Assembly: GCA_963514005.1 (NCBI GenBank)
Contig: OY740783.1
Location: 92,814,001 to 92,878,000 of the forward strand
DNA: 64,000 nucleotides
Origin: Raja brachyura
Lineage: Eukaryota
Direction of reading: 5' to 3'
The translations under genes and the position numbers were made by a program. Positions 38,990 through 51,639 of the stretch are shown one piece after another (position 1 is the stretch's first letter; each line of letters opens with the position of its first letter). The notes under the pieces are model-generated. The model saw only the letters and a list, made by a program, of their open reading frames with translations. It did no database searches and was not told where the DNA came from.

Positions 38990-40760
38990 TTCATTAATGC
39001 GCTTGCCGGAGATTATTAAATAAACCATTGCAACCAAAGCCTCAATGTTACTGGACATCTGAACACTGTCACAATAGTCTAACACACACAACGATGAACT
39101 TGCGTGCAACGCTACACTCTTATCCGACGTTCCGTAATCTGACTTATTACTTAGCATTTTTGCCTCCTGAAAGCGCACAACAAACAAAATAAAAGGATCG
39201 AAAAGTTAACGGGCGAGGGCAAAGATCCACTAGGTGACAACTGTGCAGCTGTCCCGTGTGAAATGTTGGCAGAGCTGTCTAAAAGAAACCAGGTGCGGAG
39301 GAAAGTGAGTACCAGACTTTGGGAACCTAGTAGCGACCACGGCGCGGCAGCGTAATGAACAGGTTCTTCTTTGATCCTTCACGCACGACTATCTGTGGAG
39401 ATGGTACATTCATACCAAGGGGCAGACTTGCTCAGCACTATCACCACCACATTTAGTATCAATAGATAACTTTTGAATTTCTTGCGTTAAAAAAAATGGT
39501 TTGCCACCTCAAAATTCGTAGCGAACATTGCCCTAAAAATAACAAACCATGATGTCCAATTGAAATAACATTAAGTCTTAGCTAAACTCAAGTCTTATTT
39601 CTTTCCTCTTTGGCAATCATTGCATCATTTTGAAAGCACGGCATTAAATCTTCCAAGTGGACATTTTACTTAAAACTCAATCCTCTCCCTTTCCCTTGCC
39701 CCGGGCGCGCTATCATCCACAAAGTTACATCATTTAAAGATACAACCGATTGCATCCGGTAAATCCACAAACACCAGCCTCCACAATGAAACTTCTTCCG
39801 CACTCTCTGTTGCATTTATTTATATATTTTATTTTATAAAAGGAGGATAACTTTTCCGTGCCCGCAAATCATGTGTTCAAAGCAGCAACAATCTCCAAAG
39901 TCCTCCCCGGTTAAGTTTTTAATAAGGAAATAACAAGCAGGGAAACAAGATTTAAACCAACACCTAAAGGGAATGTCATGCGATATCATTAACAATGCCT
40001 CCTGTTCTACACACACACACAGAAAGATCCGAGACCGAAATGAAGACGATATCGCGCACGGAACAAAACCTGCCAGCGAGTTTATGGGAAGCATTAGAAA
40101 GCACAACACTTACTGTTCTCAGTCAATAATATCACCCCACTTGGAAAAACAAAACACCACAAGGATTTCTTTTTTCTTCTTTCTCTCTGTTCCTTCAGTC
40201 AGAAAAGAAGGAGTGCTTTCAATTCACAATGCAGGCCTCGTTTCGAGCTACAAGCAAAAGATAACAATACAAAAAAAAACATATCAGTCATCCTTCGTTG
40301 TCGAAAGTATTCTTTTTGAAAACAAAAACAAAAGCTGAGGTGAAGAATGCAATTCTGGCGGACAGCTGCAGGTCAGTCCGGAGCTGTACCTGCGCGTTGC
40401 GAGAGCGCTTTCCCTCTCGGACCCTGTCCCTCACACGGGGAGAGAGAGGCTCTGGAGGCGGGGGAGACCAGTAGCAGCCCGACACCGTACAATGTGTTCA
40501 ACGACTGACGGAGAGACACACAGAGAGAGAAGGAGGGGAGTGCTGCTGCTTCTCAAACTCGGCAACACGGCAAGAGGACAAAGTGGGTATGGGCGAATGC
40601 TGCCGCACATACACACACATTTCGCTCTGTACCTGCATTTCTTGAGCGAGCCGCTTGATGGCTTACATTCAGGGGACAGTAGCGCGCTTCACCTTGCGGT
40701 GCATCACTGCTTAATTGCCAATGCTCGACACCTGGGTACAACGGACACAGGTTCCCCATA
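38990..40760. promoter_or_regulatory. CpG-rich island, putative promoter and first-exon region
   Basis: Non-repetitive sequence with visibly high CpG density against a CpG-poor background. Minus-strand CAG|GTACAG donors at 40390 and 40633, and a strong acceptor at 39166. Confidence 0.55.
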
Positions 40761-40845
40761 AAAAGACCCCGAAGTATTCAAAAACAGTTTTAAGTGAAGG
40801 ATTTGAAATTATGAGATGTATTTCCAAGCAATGATACATTTATAA

Positions 40846-40960
40846 TGTTTAAGAAGGAACTGCAAATGCTGGAAAATCGAAGGTATACAAAGATACACAA
40901 CATATATGGTGCGAAGGAAATAGGCAACGTTTCGGGCCGAAACCCTTCTCCAGACCCATA
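40846..40960 (-). repeat. Penelope terminal-repeat fragment with a hammerhead-like motif
   Basis: Minus strand reads ATGGGT-CTGGAGA-A-GGGTTTCGGCCC-GAAACGTT-GCCTAT. Confidence 0.75.
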
Positions 40961-41147
40961 AACTTCATTTTCCCGGCTAGATTGAGGGGCATGGTTAAAA
41001 TTGTGTGTGCATTTGTTTTCTATTCGTATGAAAAACAAAACAGGAAAAAAAGAATAACACAGCAATATGAACTAATGGTTTGTCATAAAGTACATGTACA
41101 AATGCAATAGAGAAAGGCATACCTAATTAAATAAAATTATTGAGTAA

Positions 41148-41328
41148 TACATGAAATGCTGGAGTAACTCAACGGGTCAGGCAGCATCCCTGGTGGACAT
41201 GGATAGGCAATGTTTCGGTTTGGGGCCATTCTTCAGGCCTATCCACGTCCTCCAGATATGCTGTCTGACTTTCCCCAGCACTTTTTGTTTTACTCAAGAT
41301 TCCAGCACCTGCAGTTCCCTTTGTCTCC
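41148..41328. repeat. Older fold-back Penelope terminal-repeat mini-element
   Basis: A minus-strand terminal repeat is joined to a plus-strand copy (GGATAGGC / GCCTATCC). Confidence 0.65.
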
Positions 41329-42269
41329 TGAATACAATTATTGCCTCCTTGCTGATATTGGCCCACTGTTGAATGGAGCAGGATAGAAACATAGGATATC
41401 ATAACATGCTCTATTAGTAAGACTGGTTATGTTTTAATATTTAAAAAAAACATTGGCCTTCAAGTTGCTGGATGTGTGAGCTGATAAGAGTAAAGTAAGG
41501 GCATCAAGGCTTTGCACTATTTTTCTTGCCACTTGTTGGGTTCTCCTCAACTATGTGAAAATGAATGAGGCATGGTCCATTCACACCATCATTAATGATG
41601 GAAATGAACACTTCATCCAATCAAACCAAATGATCTTCATATATAACACAATTGCCACCGAAAAGTAAAATATATTCCTTCCCAAGCAAACGATAACATA
41701 CCCAAGTTACCACATAGCCCACTATTCTTTGATTGGACTTTACTGGTTTTATCTTATTCATGTTATTCCCTTCACCATGTATCTGTACACTGAATGGCTG
41801 AATTGTAATTATGTATTGTCTTTCCACTGACTGGTTAGCACACAACTAAAGCTTTTTGCTGTACAGGTAACAATAAACTGAACTAAACTAAACAGTGATC
41901 ACCAAACATATAAACTATTTGGTGCAGACACCACATAGTCCATCTTAGGAACACAGAAGCAATGCATGTAAACAGAACTAACTGTTTTCCACTGTAAGTT
42001 GCTTGATAATTCTACATTATAATGCATAATAATTTTTTGCATTCAGAAGCCATTATATTTTTCTTTGTAACAATCTGGTTCCCTTTAGTGGGATTGCACC
42101 AAAGATGCTTGGTGGTTATGACCGACCATTGTTAGAAACTTTTCCAGCAGACTGATTTTTCTGACAAAAGCAAAATCAAATAGTAAAAGAGCAACAAAAC
42201 CATTAGTCATTTCTTACAATCTTAGTCTTTTTTACAAAGCTATCTTGAATATCGATTGACATCAATTCA

Positions 42270-43390
42270 AAACCTACTGACTCCCACAGCTAACTAGACG
42301 ACACTTCTTCCCACCCTGCTTCCTGTTAAGGCTCTATCTCATACACCCAATTCTTCTGTCTATGCATCTGCTCCACACCAGGACATCTGAGGTCCTCATT
42401 CTTTAGGGAATGAGGGTTCCCCTCTTCCATCATAGATGAGGCCCTCACAAGGGTTTCCTCAATATCTTGCAGCTCCACTCTTGATCCCTCTCCCCCTAGT
42501 CGCAACAGGGACAGAGTCTCCATAGTCCTCACCTTTCACCCCATCAGCTGTTGCATACGGCACATAATCCTCCAACATTTTTGCCACCTCCAACAGGATC
42601 CCATCACTCGCCACATCTTCCCATCTCCATCCTTTCCACTTTCTGCGGAGACTGTTCCCTCTGCAATTCCTTGGCAACTTGTCCCTTCCCACCCAAACCA
42701 CCCCCTCCTACGGTACTTCCCCTGCAACCGCAGGAGATGCAACACCTGTCCCTATACCTCTCATCTCAGCTCCGTCCAAGGACCCCGACAGTTTTTTCAG
42801 GTGAGACAGAGGTTCACTTACACCTCCTCCAACCTCATCTACTGTTTGTACTGTTCCATGTGTGGACTCCTATATATCAGCAAGACCAAGTGCAGGCTCG
42901 GCGATCATTTCATGGAAACCACCTGATCTCCCGGTTGCTAAACACGTTAACTCCCCCTCCCTATCCCACAATGACCTTTCTGTCCTGGGCCTCCTCCATT
43001 GTCAGAGTGAGGCCCAGCGCAAATTGAAGGAACAACACCTCATATTTTGCTTTGGCAGCTAACACCCCAGCGGTATGAATATTGACTTCTCTCACTAAGT
43101 AACCCTTGCTTTCCCTCTCTTTCCATCCCTCCCCCTTTTCCTGTTCTCCGACCAGTCTGACTGACCTTGATTACATTTTATCTGTTTGCATTGTTGTTAC
43201 CTTCTCCTAGCTAACAATGATCTATTCGACATTTCCCTTGATTTCCACCCCCTTTTTAATCATCATCAGACCTTACACTTCTTTATCTCTGTATCCCCTG
43301 ACAAACTGCAGAAGGATCTCAACCCGAAACATCACCCATTCTTTCTATCCACAGATGCTGCCTGTTACTCCAGCATTTTGTGTCTATCTT
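42270..43390 (+). mobile_element. Decayed Penelope-like element, older subfamily
   Basis: Colinear with 46755-47930 (KPTDSHS.., GIY-YIG remnants) with many indels. Degenerate core at 43306-43333. Confidence 0.9.
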
Positions 43391-44735
43391 TAGTCTTATG
43401 GAGGTCTTGTGTATGATCCCATTTAGGATTGTCTTGACAAATCCAATTTTGTTATCCCTTTTTTTTGCTTTTGTGGTGTTTTTCTGTGCAGTTTGTTCAC
43501 TCATTTACACGTTTCCCAGTGTATATTTCTGTTTGTTTTATTATCCTTGTTATTTTCTTTAAATTGCTTTCCTCTCTTTTACACTTGGATACTTTGTTCG
43601 AAGGCAGGCAAACCAAGCAGAAAGGACCTTCTCTGCGGGATGAATTTGTACAATTTGTGAGACACCCGCTCATGCTCCTTCACAGTGGAAACCAGCATAT
43701 GCCAGGTATGTGTGTGGAGAATCTACCAAGGATTCTGTACTATGTGTAGTGCTTAGAGTCAACACAGAGGGTGAATTTACCAGGAGTAGGCGTTGCCACT
43801 TTGGGATTAGGGGAATAGAAACAGAGCAGGAGAATGGACATTTTATTTTTATTCATTTTTATAAAATGTAGCAGGCTAAGCAAGTTCTTATTATCCATTC
43901 CTGGGAGTAACAACTATTGACGCTGGCTATACACGGTGATAAGTGGGGTGCAGAACCTCAAAGCCGTTAGGATAAAAAATCAACTGCAGGAGCTTAGAAT
44001 ATTTCAAGATTTAAGCAAAGGCAATGATGTCAAGAGCATTGTCTTTAAAGACAACAGAGCTCGTGGTGGGGATGGATGATCTGAATATACATTCAGATCA
44101 TCCATTCTGAATGTACTCAGAATGTACAAAGTACTCTCAGTTGTTTGCACATGGTCCATACCTCTCTCTTTCCTGCCTGGTCATGTGCCTTCTTAAACAA
44201 TTCGAGCACATTCGATGAATGTACTTCCCAACTACTGATGGGGACAGGTTCCCAGGGTTTAGACCAAACAATGATGAAGGCGCAATGTATTTCTACATGC
44301 AAATGGTGCACAGCTGGGAGGGGAACATGCAGGAGGTGGTGTTCTGCTGCCCTGATGTCCTCGTTCTTCATGTTAAAAGAAGGTGCAGACTTAAGCCGAA
44401 TAAATAACTATAGTGTATTTTAAAGATGGTGCACAAAGCAGCCATTATGCGTTCGATATAGAGGCCGTGAATACTTAGTGTGGTGTATGATTCCAGTTTC
44501 TGGACAATCCAATGGCTAAGCTGATAGGGTCAGCATGTGGACTATATTGAGTTCAGGTGTGCAGAAGTGAAAATAATCCAGACCTTTGTCCTTTCTTGTC
44601 ATTACCAGCAGCAAGTATTGTGTCCCTGTTTTTGCACAGATTTACAATGATTTGACTGTAGAACATCCAATTGTATGTACCACTTGCAACATACCTGCAA
44701 AAAAATATGCTTGAATTACCATCTAAAAAATATGC

Positions 44736-45504
44736 CAGATTGCTATCTAAATGGTGTCAAGTTGGGAAAAGGGGAAGTACAACGGGATCTGGGGGTCCTT
44801 GTACATCAATCTATGAAAGTAAGCATGCAGGTACAGCAGGCAGTGAAGAAAGTGAATGCAATGTTGGCCTTAATAATAAGAGGAATCGAATATAGGAGCA
44901 AAGAGGTCCTTCTGCAGTTGTACAGAGCCCTAGTGAGACCACACCTGGAGGATTGTGTGCAGTTTTGGTCCCCTAATTTGAGGAAGGACATTCTTGCTAT
45001 TGAGGGAGTGCAGTGTAGGTTTTTACAAGGTTAATTCCCGGGATGGTGGGACTGTCATATGCTGAGAGAATGGAGCAACTGGGCTTGGACACTCTGGAGT
45101 TTAGAAGGATGAGAGGACATCTCATTGAAGCATATACGATTGTTAAGGTCTTGGATACGCTAGAGGCAGGAAACATGTTCCCGATGTTGGGGGAGTCCAG
45201 AACCAGGGGCCACAGATTAAGTATAAGGAGTAAGCCATTTAGAACGAGACGAGGAAACACCTTTTCACGCAGAGGGTTGTGAATCTGTGGAATTCTCTGC
45301 CTCAGAAGGCAGTGGAGGCCAATGTTCTGGATGCTTTCGAGAAAGAGCTCGATATAGCTCTTAAAAATAGTGGAGTCAGGGGAATGGGGAGAAGGCAGGA
45401 ACGGGGTACTGATTGGGGATGATCAGCCATGATCACATTGAATGGCGGTGCTGGCTCGATGGTCCGAATAGCCTACTCATGCAGCTATTGTCTATTGTCT
45501 ATTG
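44736..45504 (+). mobile_element. CR1 (HER1-like) 3' fragment
   Basis: ORFs 44675 and 45043 (RDLGVLV, LYRALVRPHLE). (CTATTGT)n tail. Confidence 0.92.
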
Positions 45505-45865
45505 AATGCTTGAAGGTGGGAAGTGCTTGAAATACTCAGCAGGTCGGGTAAAGAGAAAAAATGAGAAACTGAGAGTGTGGTAAGATGAAATGAGAGAATG
45601 GAAGAGGGCTGGAGAGAGTACAGGAATGTATGAGTGGAAATGAGAGTTGTTCAGATGACACAATGCTTTCAGGGCCTTCTACTTAATAGATGAGAGAGAG
45701 AGGTAACTTGCGAGTTGGAAGGAGGAAATGTTTGAACTGTCAACTGCATAATGTTATAGTTGCTGGAATTCTGAAACAAATTACCTAGCAACTCAGACAA
45801 CAGCTGTAAAGGGGGAGATGTTGAACTAATGTCACAGATGGATGACCTTATAACAGGGAGGTGCT

Positions 45866-47606
45866 GTGGTAGTCTGGTGCGCCGATCTCTACAAAGCAGA
45901 GGCCACGCGCCAACTCTCGGACACCTCCTCCTACTTACCCCTGGACCATGACCCCACTGACGAGCACCAGGCCACCATCTCGAGCACCATAACCGGCTTC
46001 ATCAACTCCGGCTCCCTACCCCCCCGAGCCTCCAACCTCATCGTTCCCCAGCCCCGCACAGCCCGATTTTACCTTCTCCCCAAAATCCACAAACCCGACT
46101 GCCCCGGCAGACCCATTGTCTCTGCCTGTTCATGCCCCACCGAACACATTTCCACATACCTTGACTCCATCCTATCCCCCTTTGTTAAATCCCTCCCCAC
46201 CTATGTTCAAGACACCTCAGATACTCTCCGTCGGCTCCGCACATTCCGTTGTCCAGGCCCCCATTCTCTCATCTTCACCATGGACGTCCAGTCACTATAC
46301 ACCTGCATCCCCCACCAGGATGGTCTCAAAGCCCTCCGGTACTTCCTCGACCAGAGGAGCAACCCATACTCATCCACTGACACCCTCCTCCGCCTAGCGG
46401 AGTTGGTCCTTACCCTCAACAACTTCTCTTTTGACTCCTCCCATTTCCTCCAAACACAAGGCGTAGCTATGGGCACACGCATGGGCCCTAGCTACGCCTG
46501 CCTCTTTGTCGGGCACGTCGAACAATCTTTGTTCTCGGCGTACCAGGGCCCCACCCCCGCCCTTTACCTCCGTTACATTGACGACTGCTTTGGTGTCACC
46601 TCCTGCACCCACGCAGAACTGACTGACTTCATCCATTTCACAACCAACTTCCATCCGGCACTCAAATATACTTGGACCATTTCCGACATTTCCCTACCAT
46701 TCCTTGACCTCACCATCTCTATTGCAGGTGATACACTCCTGACTGACATCCACTACAAACCAACTGACTCCCACAGCTACCTGGACTACTCTTCCTCCCA
46801 CCCTGCTTCCTGTAAGGACTCCATCCCCTATTCCCAATTCCTCCGTCTACGCCGCATCTGCTCCCAGGATGACGTGTTCCACACCCGGTCATCGCAAATG
46901 TCCTCATTCTTCAGAGAACGGGGTTTCCCCTCCCCCACTATAGATGAGGCTCGCACCAGGGTCTCCTCCATACCCCGCAACACTGCCCTCTCTCCCCATT
47001 CCCCCACTCACAACAAGGGCCGAGTCCCCCTGGTCCTCACCTTTCACCCCACCAGCCAGCGCATACAACAGATAGTCCTCCGCCAGTTTCGTCACCTCCA
47101 ACGTGACCCCTCCACTCGCCACATCTTCCCATCTCCCCCCCTGTCTGCCTTCCGCAAAGACCGCTCCCTCCGCAACTCCCTTGTCAATTCTTCCCTTTCC
47201 TCCCGCTCCACTCCTTCCCCGGGCACTTTCCCTTGCAACCGCAAGAGATGCCACACTTGTCCCTTCACCTCCCCCATCCAATCCTTTCAGGGACCCAAGC
47301 AGTCATTCCAAGTCCGACAGAGGTTCACCTCCTCCAACCTCATCTACTGCATCCGTTGCTCCAGATGCCAGCTGATCTACATCGGTGAGACCAAGCGTAG
47401 GCTGGGCGATCGTTTTGCCGAACACCTCCGCTCGGTCCGCTCAGCACTTCAACTCCCCCTCCCACTCCGTATCCGACCTCTCGGTCCTGGGCCTCCTCCA
47501 CGGCCAGAGTGATCAACACCGCAAGTTGGAGGAACAGCACCTCATATTCCGCTTGGGGAGTCTGCATCCTCTGGGCTTAAACATTGAATTTTCTCAATTC
47601 TGTTAA
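45866..47606 (+). pseudogene. Penelope-like RT / GIY-YIG endonuclease ORF, 5'-truncated, frameshift near 47440
   Basis: Motifs (DK)GGAVVVW, LPKIHK, GRPIVS, MDVQSLYT, GVAMG, YIDD and NLIY..IYIGET. A short deletion relative to the 24637 copy shifts the C-terminus into ORF 47385-47606. Confidence 0.93.
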
Positions 47607-47837
47607 CCCAGACTGCCTCCCCCCCACCTCTCCCTCAGCCCTCTGGCCCTGACATTCCTTCTCCATCTCTCCCCCCCCCCCCCCCCAGTCGCACTAGCTT
47701 CTCATTTTCACACCACAAACAGCTTACAATGGCCTGCTTCCTTTATCACCAATACTTTTTTGCATATCTTTCACTCATTGTTCCTTATCTCTCCACATCA
47801 CTGTTTATATCTCTTGTTTCCCTGATCCCTGACCAGT

Positions 47838-47865
47838 CTGAAGAAGGGTCTCGACCCGAAACGTC
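47838..47865 (+). ncRNA. Minimal type I hammerhead ribozyme-like core
   Basis: CTGAAGA-A-GGGT(CTCG)ACCC-GAAA-CGTC, with palindromic loopless helix III (ACGT) and a GUC triplet. Helix I is weak in this copy. Confidence 0.65.
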
Positions 47866-48271
47866 GCCTATCTCCTTCGCTCCTTAGATGCTGCTGCACC
47901 CGCTGAGTTTCTCCAGCTTTTTGTGTAACCGACCTTATAACAGAGTTGGCCTGTGCTGTTACTAACTGGATAATTTATTTCTATTAAATTGTTGAAATTG
48001 ACATCTCTGTCCTGGTTCCTGCTTTTATGATCATATTTCTGTCACATCTTGGGAAATCCTCGATGACCCTGATCTAACATTGCACATATTCAATTCACCT
48101 GCGCCTTCTCGCCATTTTGATGCTGTTCTTTCAACATCCAGGATATGTCTCCAATTATTCTTTGGAACAAGACTTGAAAAATATATTGGAAGTAAAAAAG
48201 AAGTTCCCAAGACAAATTCCTTGTGACATTCTTTGAGTCGCCAAGCTGAGAGAGATCATGTGAACTCTGGA

Positions 48272-49510
48272 CTCTCCACTCTGGACCACTTGGACAACAA
48301 AAACTCATATGTCAGGTTGTTATTCATTGATTATAGCTCGGCATTTAATACTATCATCCCCTCCAAGCTGGGTACAAAACTCGCAGAATTTTGAATTGAA
48401 TTGAATTACCTTTTTTGTCAACTGGGTCTCTGCGCATCCCTCTGCAATTGGATCCTCGGCTTCCTCATTCACAGACCACAGTCTGTTCGTATTGGTGGAA
48501 ATGTGTCAGACTCGATAACAATCAGCACGGGAGCACCTCGAGGCTGCGTGCTCAGCCCCCTGCTGTACTCTTTCTATAGTCATGACTGCGTAGCTGGTCA
48601 CAGTGCAAATTCCATCATCAAGTTCGCTGCTGACACCACTGTTGTGGGACATATCACTGATGGGGATGTCGGAGTACAGAAGAGAGATTGAGCAACTGTC
48701 CATATGGTGCCAGCACAATAACCTGGCCTTCAACACCAGCAAAACCAAGGAACTGATTGTGTTTGGAAGGAGTAGGATGGGGACCCATAGTCCCGTTTAT
48801 ATAAACGGGTCGATGGTTGAAAGGGTCAAGAGCTTCAAATTCCTGGGTGTGCACATCTCCGAAGATCTCTCCTGGTCCGAGAACACTGATGCGATTATCA
48901 AGAAAGTTCACCAGCGTCTCTACTTCCTGAGAAGGTTACAGAGAGTCGGTTTGTCAAGGAGGTCTCTCTCCAACTTCTACAGGTGCACAATGCAGAGCTT
49001 GCTGACCGGTTTCATCGTAGCTTGGTTCGGCAACTTGAACGCCCTAGAGAGGCAAAGACTACAAAAAGTAGGAAGCACTGCCCAGTCCATCATCGGCTCT
49101 GACCTTCCTTCCATCAAAGAGATTTACCGCAGTCGCTGCCTCAAAAAAGCTGGCAGTATCATCAAAGACCTACACCATCCTGGCCACACACTCATCTCCC
49201 TGCTACCTTCAGGTAGAAGGTACAGGGACCTGAAGACTGCAATGACCAGGTTCAGGAATAGCTACTTCCCCACAGCCATCAGGCTATTAAACCTGGCTCG
49301 GACAAAACTCTGATAACTAATTACCCATTATCTGTTATTTGCACTTTATTAGTTTATTTATTCATGTGTGGATATATTTATATATAGTATATGGACACAC
49401 TGATCTGATTTGTAGTAAATGCCTTCTATGTTCTGTGTGCTGATGCAAAGCAAGAATGTAATTGTCCTATCAGGGACACATGACAATAAACTCGCTTGAA
49501 CTTGAACTTA
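48272..49510 (+). mobile_element. 5'-truncated Rex1/Babar-clade LINE
   Basis: ORFs 48401 and 48603 ([27 protein letters not shown]) and a (CTTGAA)n tail. Same family as 28306-29960. Confidence 0.93.
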
Positions 49511-49689
49511 AACAGACCAAATCTTTACTGCTGGACCCATTGCACAAACTATTTCTACAACTGTATGACCTATAGACATTGTGATTTTTTATGATTGTCC
49601 ACTCACCACACTCAGGGGTTATCTAACAGCAAACGTTGAGGCTGTCAGTTCCACAAATATTCAGTGAAACAATGGAAAGTAGATATCAT

Positions 49690-50245
49690 AGGGTCATACA
49701 GTATGGTAACGGGTCCTTCAGCCCAACTTGCCCATGCCTACCAAGATGACCCATCTACACTAGTCTTGATTGTATTCATGTATAATATTTTCTTAGACTG
49801 GATAGAAAGCAAAAAAGAGCTTTTCACTCAGTACATGTGACAATAATAAACTAAACTAAACTAAGCTGGCCCCCCTGCCCTAATTTGGCCCATATTCCTC
49901 CAAACCTTTCCCACCCTTGTACTGATCCAAATGTCTTTTACATTTTGTAAAAGTACCCCGCCTCAACTATCTCCTCTGGCAACTAATTTCTAATACCCAC
50001 TACCCTCTGTGTGAAAACCCACTACCCTCTGTGTGAAAAGATTGTCCCTCAGGTTTCTATTAAAACTTTCCCTTCTTACGTTAAACCTATGTCTGGTTCT
50101 TGATTCCCCTACTCTACGTAATATACTGTGTACAGTACATTGACCCTTTCTATTCCCCTCATGATCTTAAACATTTTTATAAGATTAGCCTTCTCCTCCG
50201 GCATTCTAAGGAATAAAGTCTTTGTCTGCCCAGTCTTCCTCTATG
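49690..50245 (-). mobile_element. Decayed CR1 3' fragment with an inserted Rex1-type tail (about 49765-49864)
   Basis: Reverse complement of a CR1 3' UTR. 22-bp tandem duplication at 49995-50038. Confidence 0.7.
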
Positions 50246-51639
50246 GATCAGGTTTGAGGTCTAAATCGATTGGAACTATTGTTATCATTTGCTTGCGTGT
50301 GCATTTACCATTAATTTTTAATAAACATTTGAACTTAAAGGTGAATAGGTTAGTGGCAAAAAATATTGAATATATTTTCCCTACTTTTAACATTCAGTAT
50401 CAGCATGAGACCTTCTGGGTCAATTTTAGCATGGATTCAATATGGAGTAGAACTCCCATAGTCCTCCCTCACACAATCTGCCTTATTTCAAACTGAAATA
50501 TAATTTAGTGCCAGTTCATGTTGTATTGTTTTAATATTGTGTGGTGAACTGAAGTCTATGAGGAATTAGGATAGGACTACTTGGCACATATTATTTTTAT
50601 CCTTTGAGATTTGAAAGAGAGGAGGCTTTCTTATCTGCCTGAGCTGGCTTTGCACAGTGATATGGTGCACCATAGCAAGTAGATGGTTTTACTTAAAAAT
50701 GCACATAGAGTAAATTCAGAATTTTGCCAGCATATTTTAAAAGTTCTGCATCAGGAATAACCAATGCATACATATTATTTTCACTGTTGAGGAATGTGTT
50801 TTATATATTTGGTTACAAGTGTTCCATCAATTCATAGTCTTGTTCTATCTATTGGTGTTATCAAGTCTTTGTTTGTTTACATTTGAACAAAAACAAAAGC
50901 CGTTCACCTAAAGTATCATTAAAACATTTTCAATTCATGCAATTCATATTACGAGACAGATTTCCAATAAAAATAAACCATCATTTACTTTGATTAATAT
51001 TATATATCTAATTTTCATTTATATCGGAGGAGACCTGTCAATGCAATCAGAATCAGAAGCACCTCTCTATTTTTGTTAACGTGATTACGGTAGTACACAA
51101 AATATCAACCATAAAGTGTTCTTGAAAACTTCAATGTTGTTCCATAGATACATTGCTTCCTCTACAAGTGTATACATGTTCTCAAGGTGCAATATCTTAG
51201 TTATTCCACAGTGTGACATATTTACTCAAGATTTATTGGCATGTATTTCCACCGTGAATAAGCAATGGGGAGGGAAAATCTGCATCCCTTGCAATAAGGC
51301 CCAGGAAATACAGTATTTTACATTGATGTTAGTAGCCTGCTATTTGCAGGCTGCTTGCAAATTCCCATTATTGCTGCACCCAGTCAGTGCTGTTGAGTGA
51401 TTGCTGCCACAGCCAGTGGATAATGTCAGGGCAGGTTAGCACAGCAAATCTAATATTTGCACCACTTTAAACCAGCCTTTCCTCTAAAAGGGGAGGCATG
51501 TTGGGCTGCTGCAAGTCCTGCCAGATGTACTGCTACACAGTTTGATCTTGGAGTCATTGAAGAAAGGCACTATTTTATTTCCTGCACTCTCTTTGGCATT
51601 GGAGGTGGAAAGAAGGAAATATGTCTTCTATCCACCGAG

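Larger units (their letters stand above)
45857..47930 (+). mobile_element. 5'-truncated Penelope-like element (2074 bp)
   Basis: 13-bp TSD GACCTTATAACAG (45844-45856 and 47931-47943). RT plus GIY-YIG ORF followed by a 3' terminal repeat. Confidence 0.95.

Noticed and set aside
40553-40759. ORF starting MGNLC (myristoylation-like) with a donor at 40633
   Set aside because: No recognisable homology and no downstream coding exon found, so it is too weak to call a CDS.
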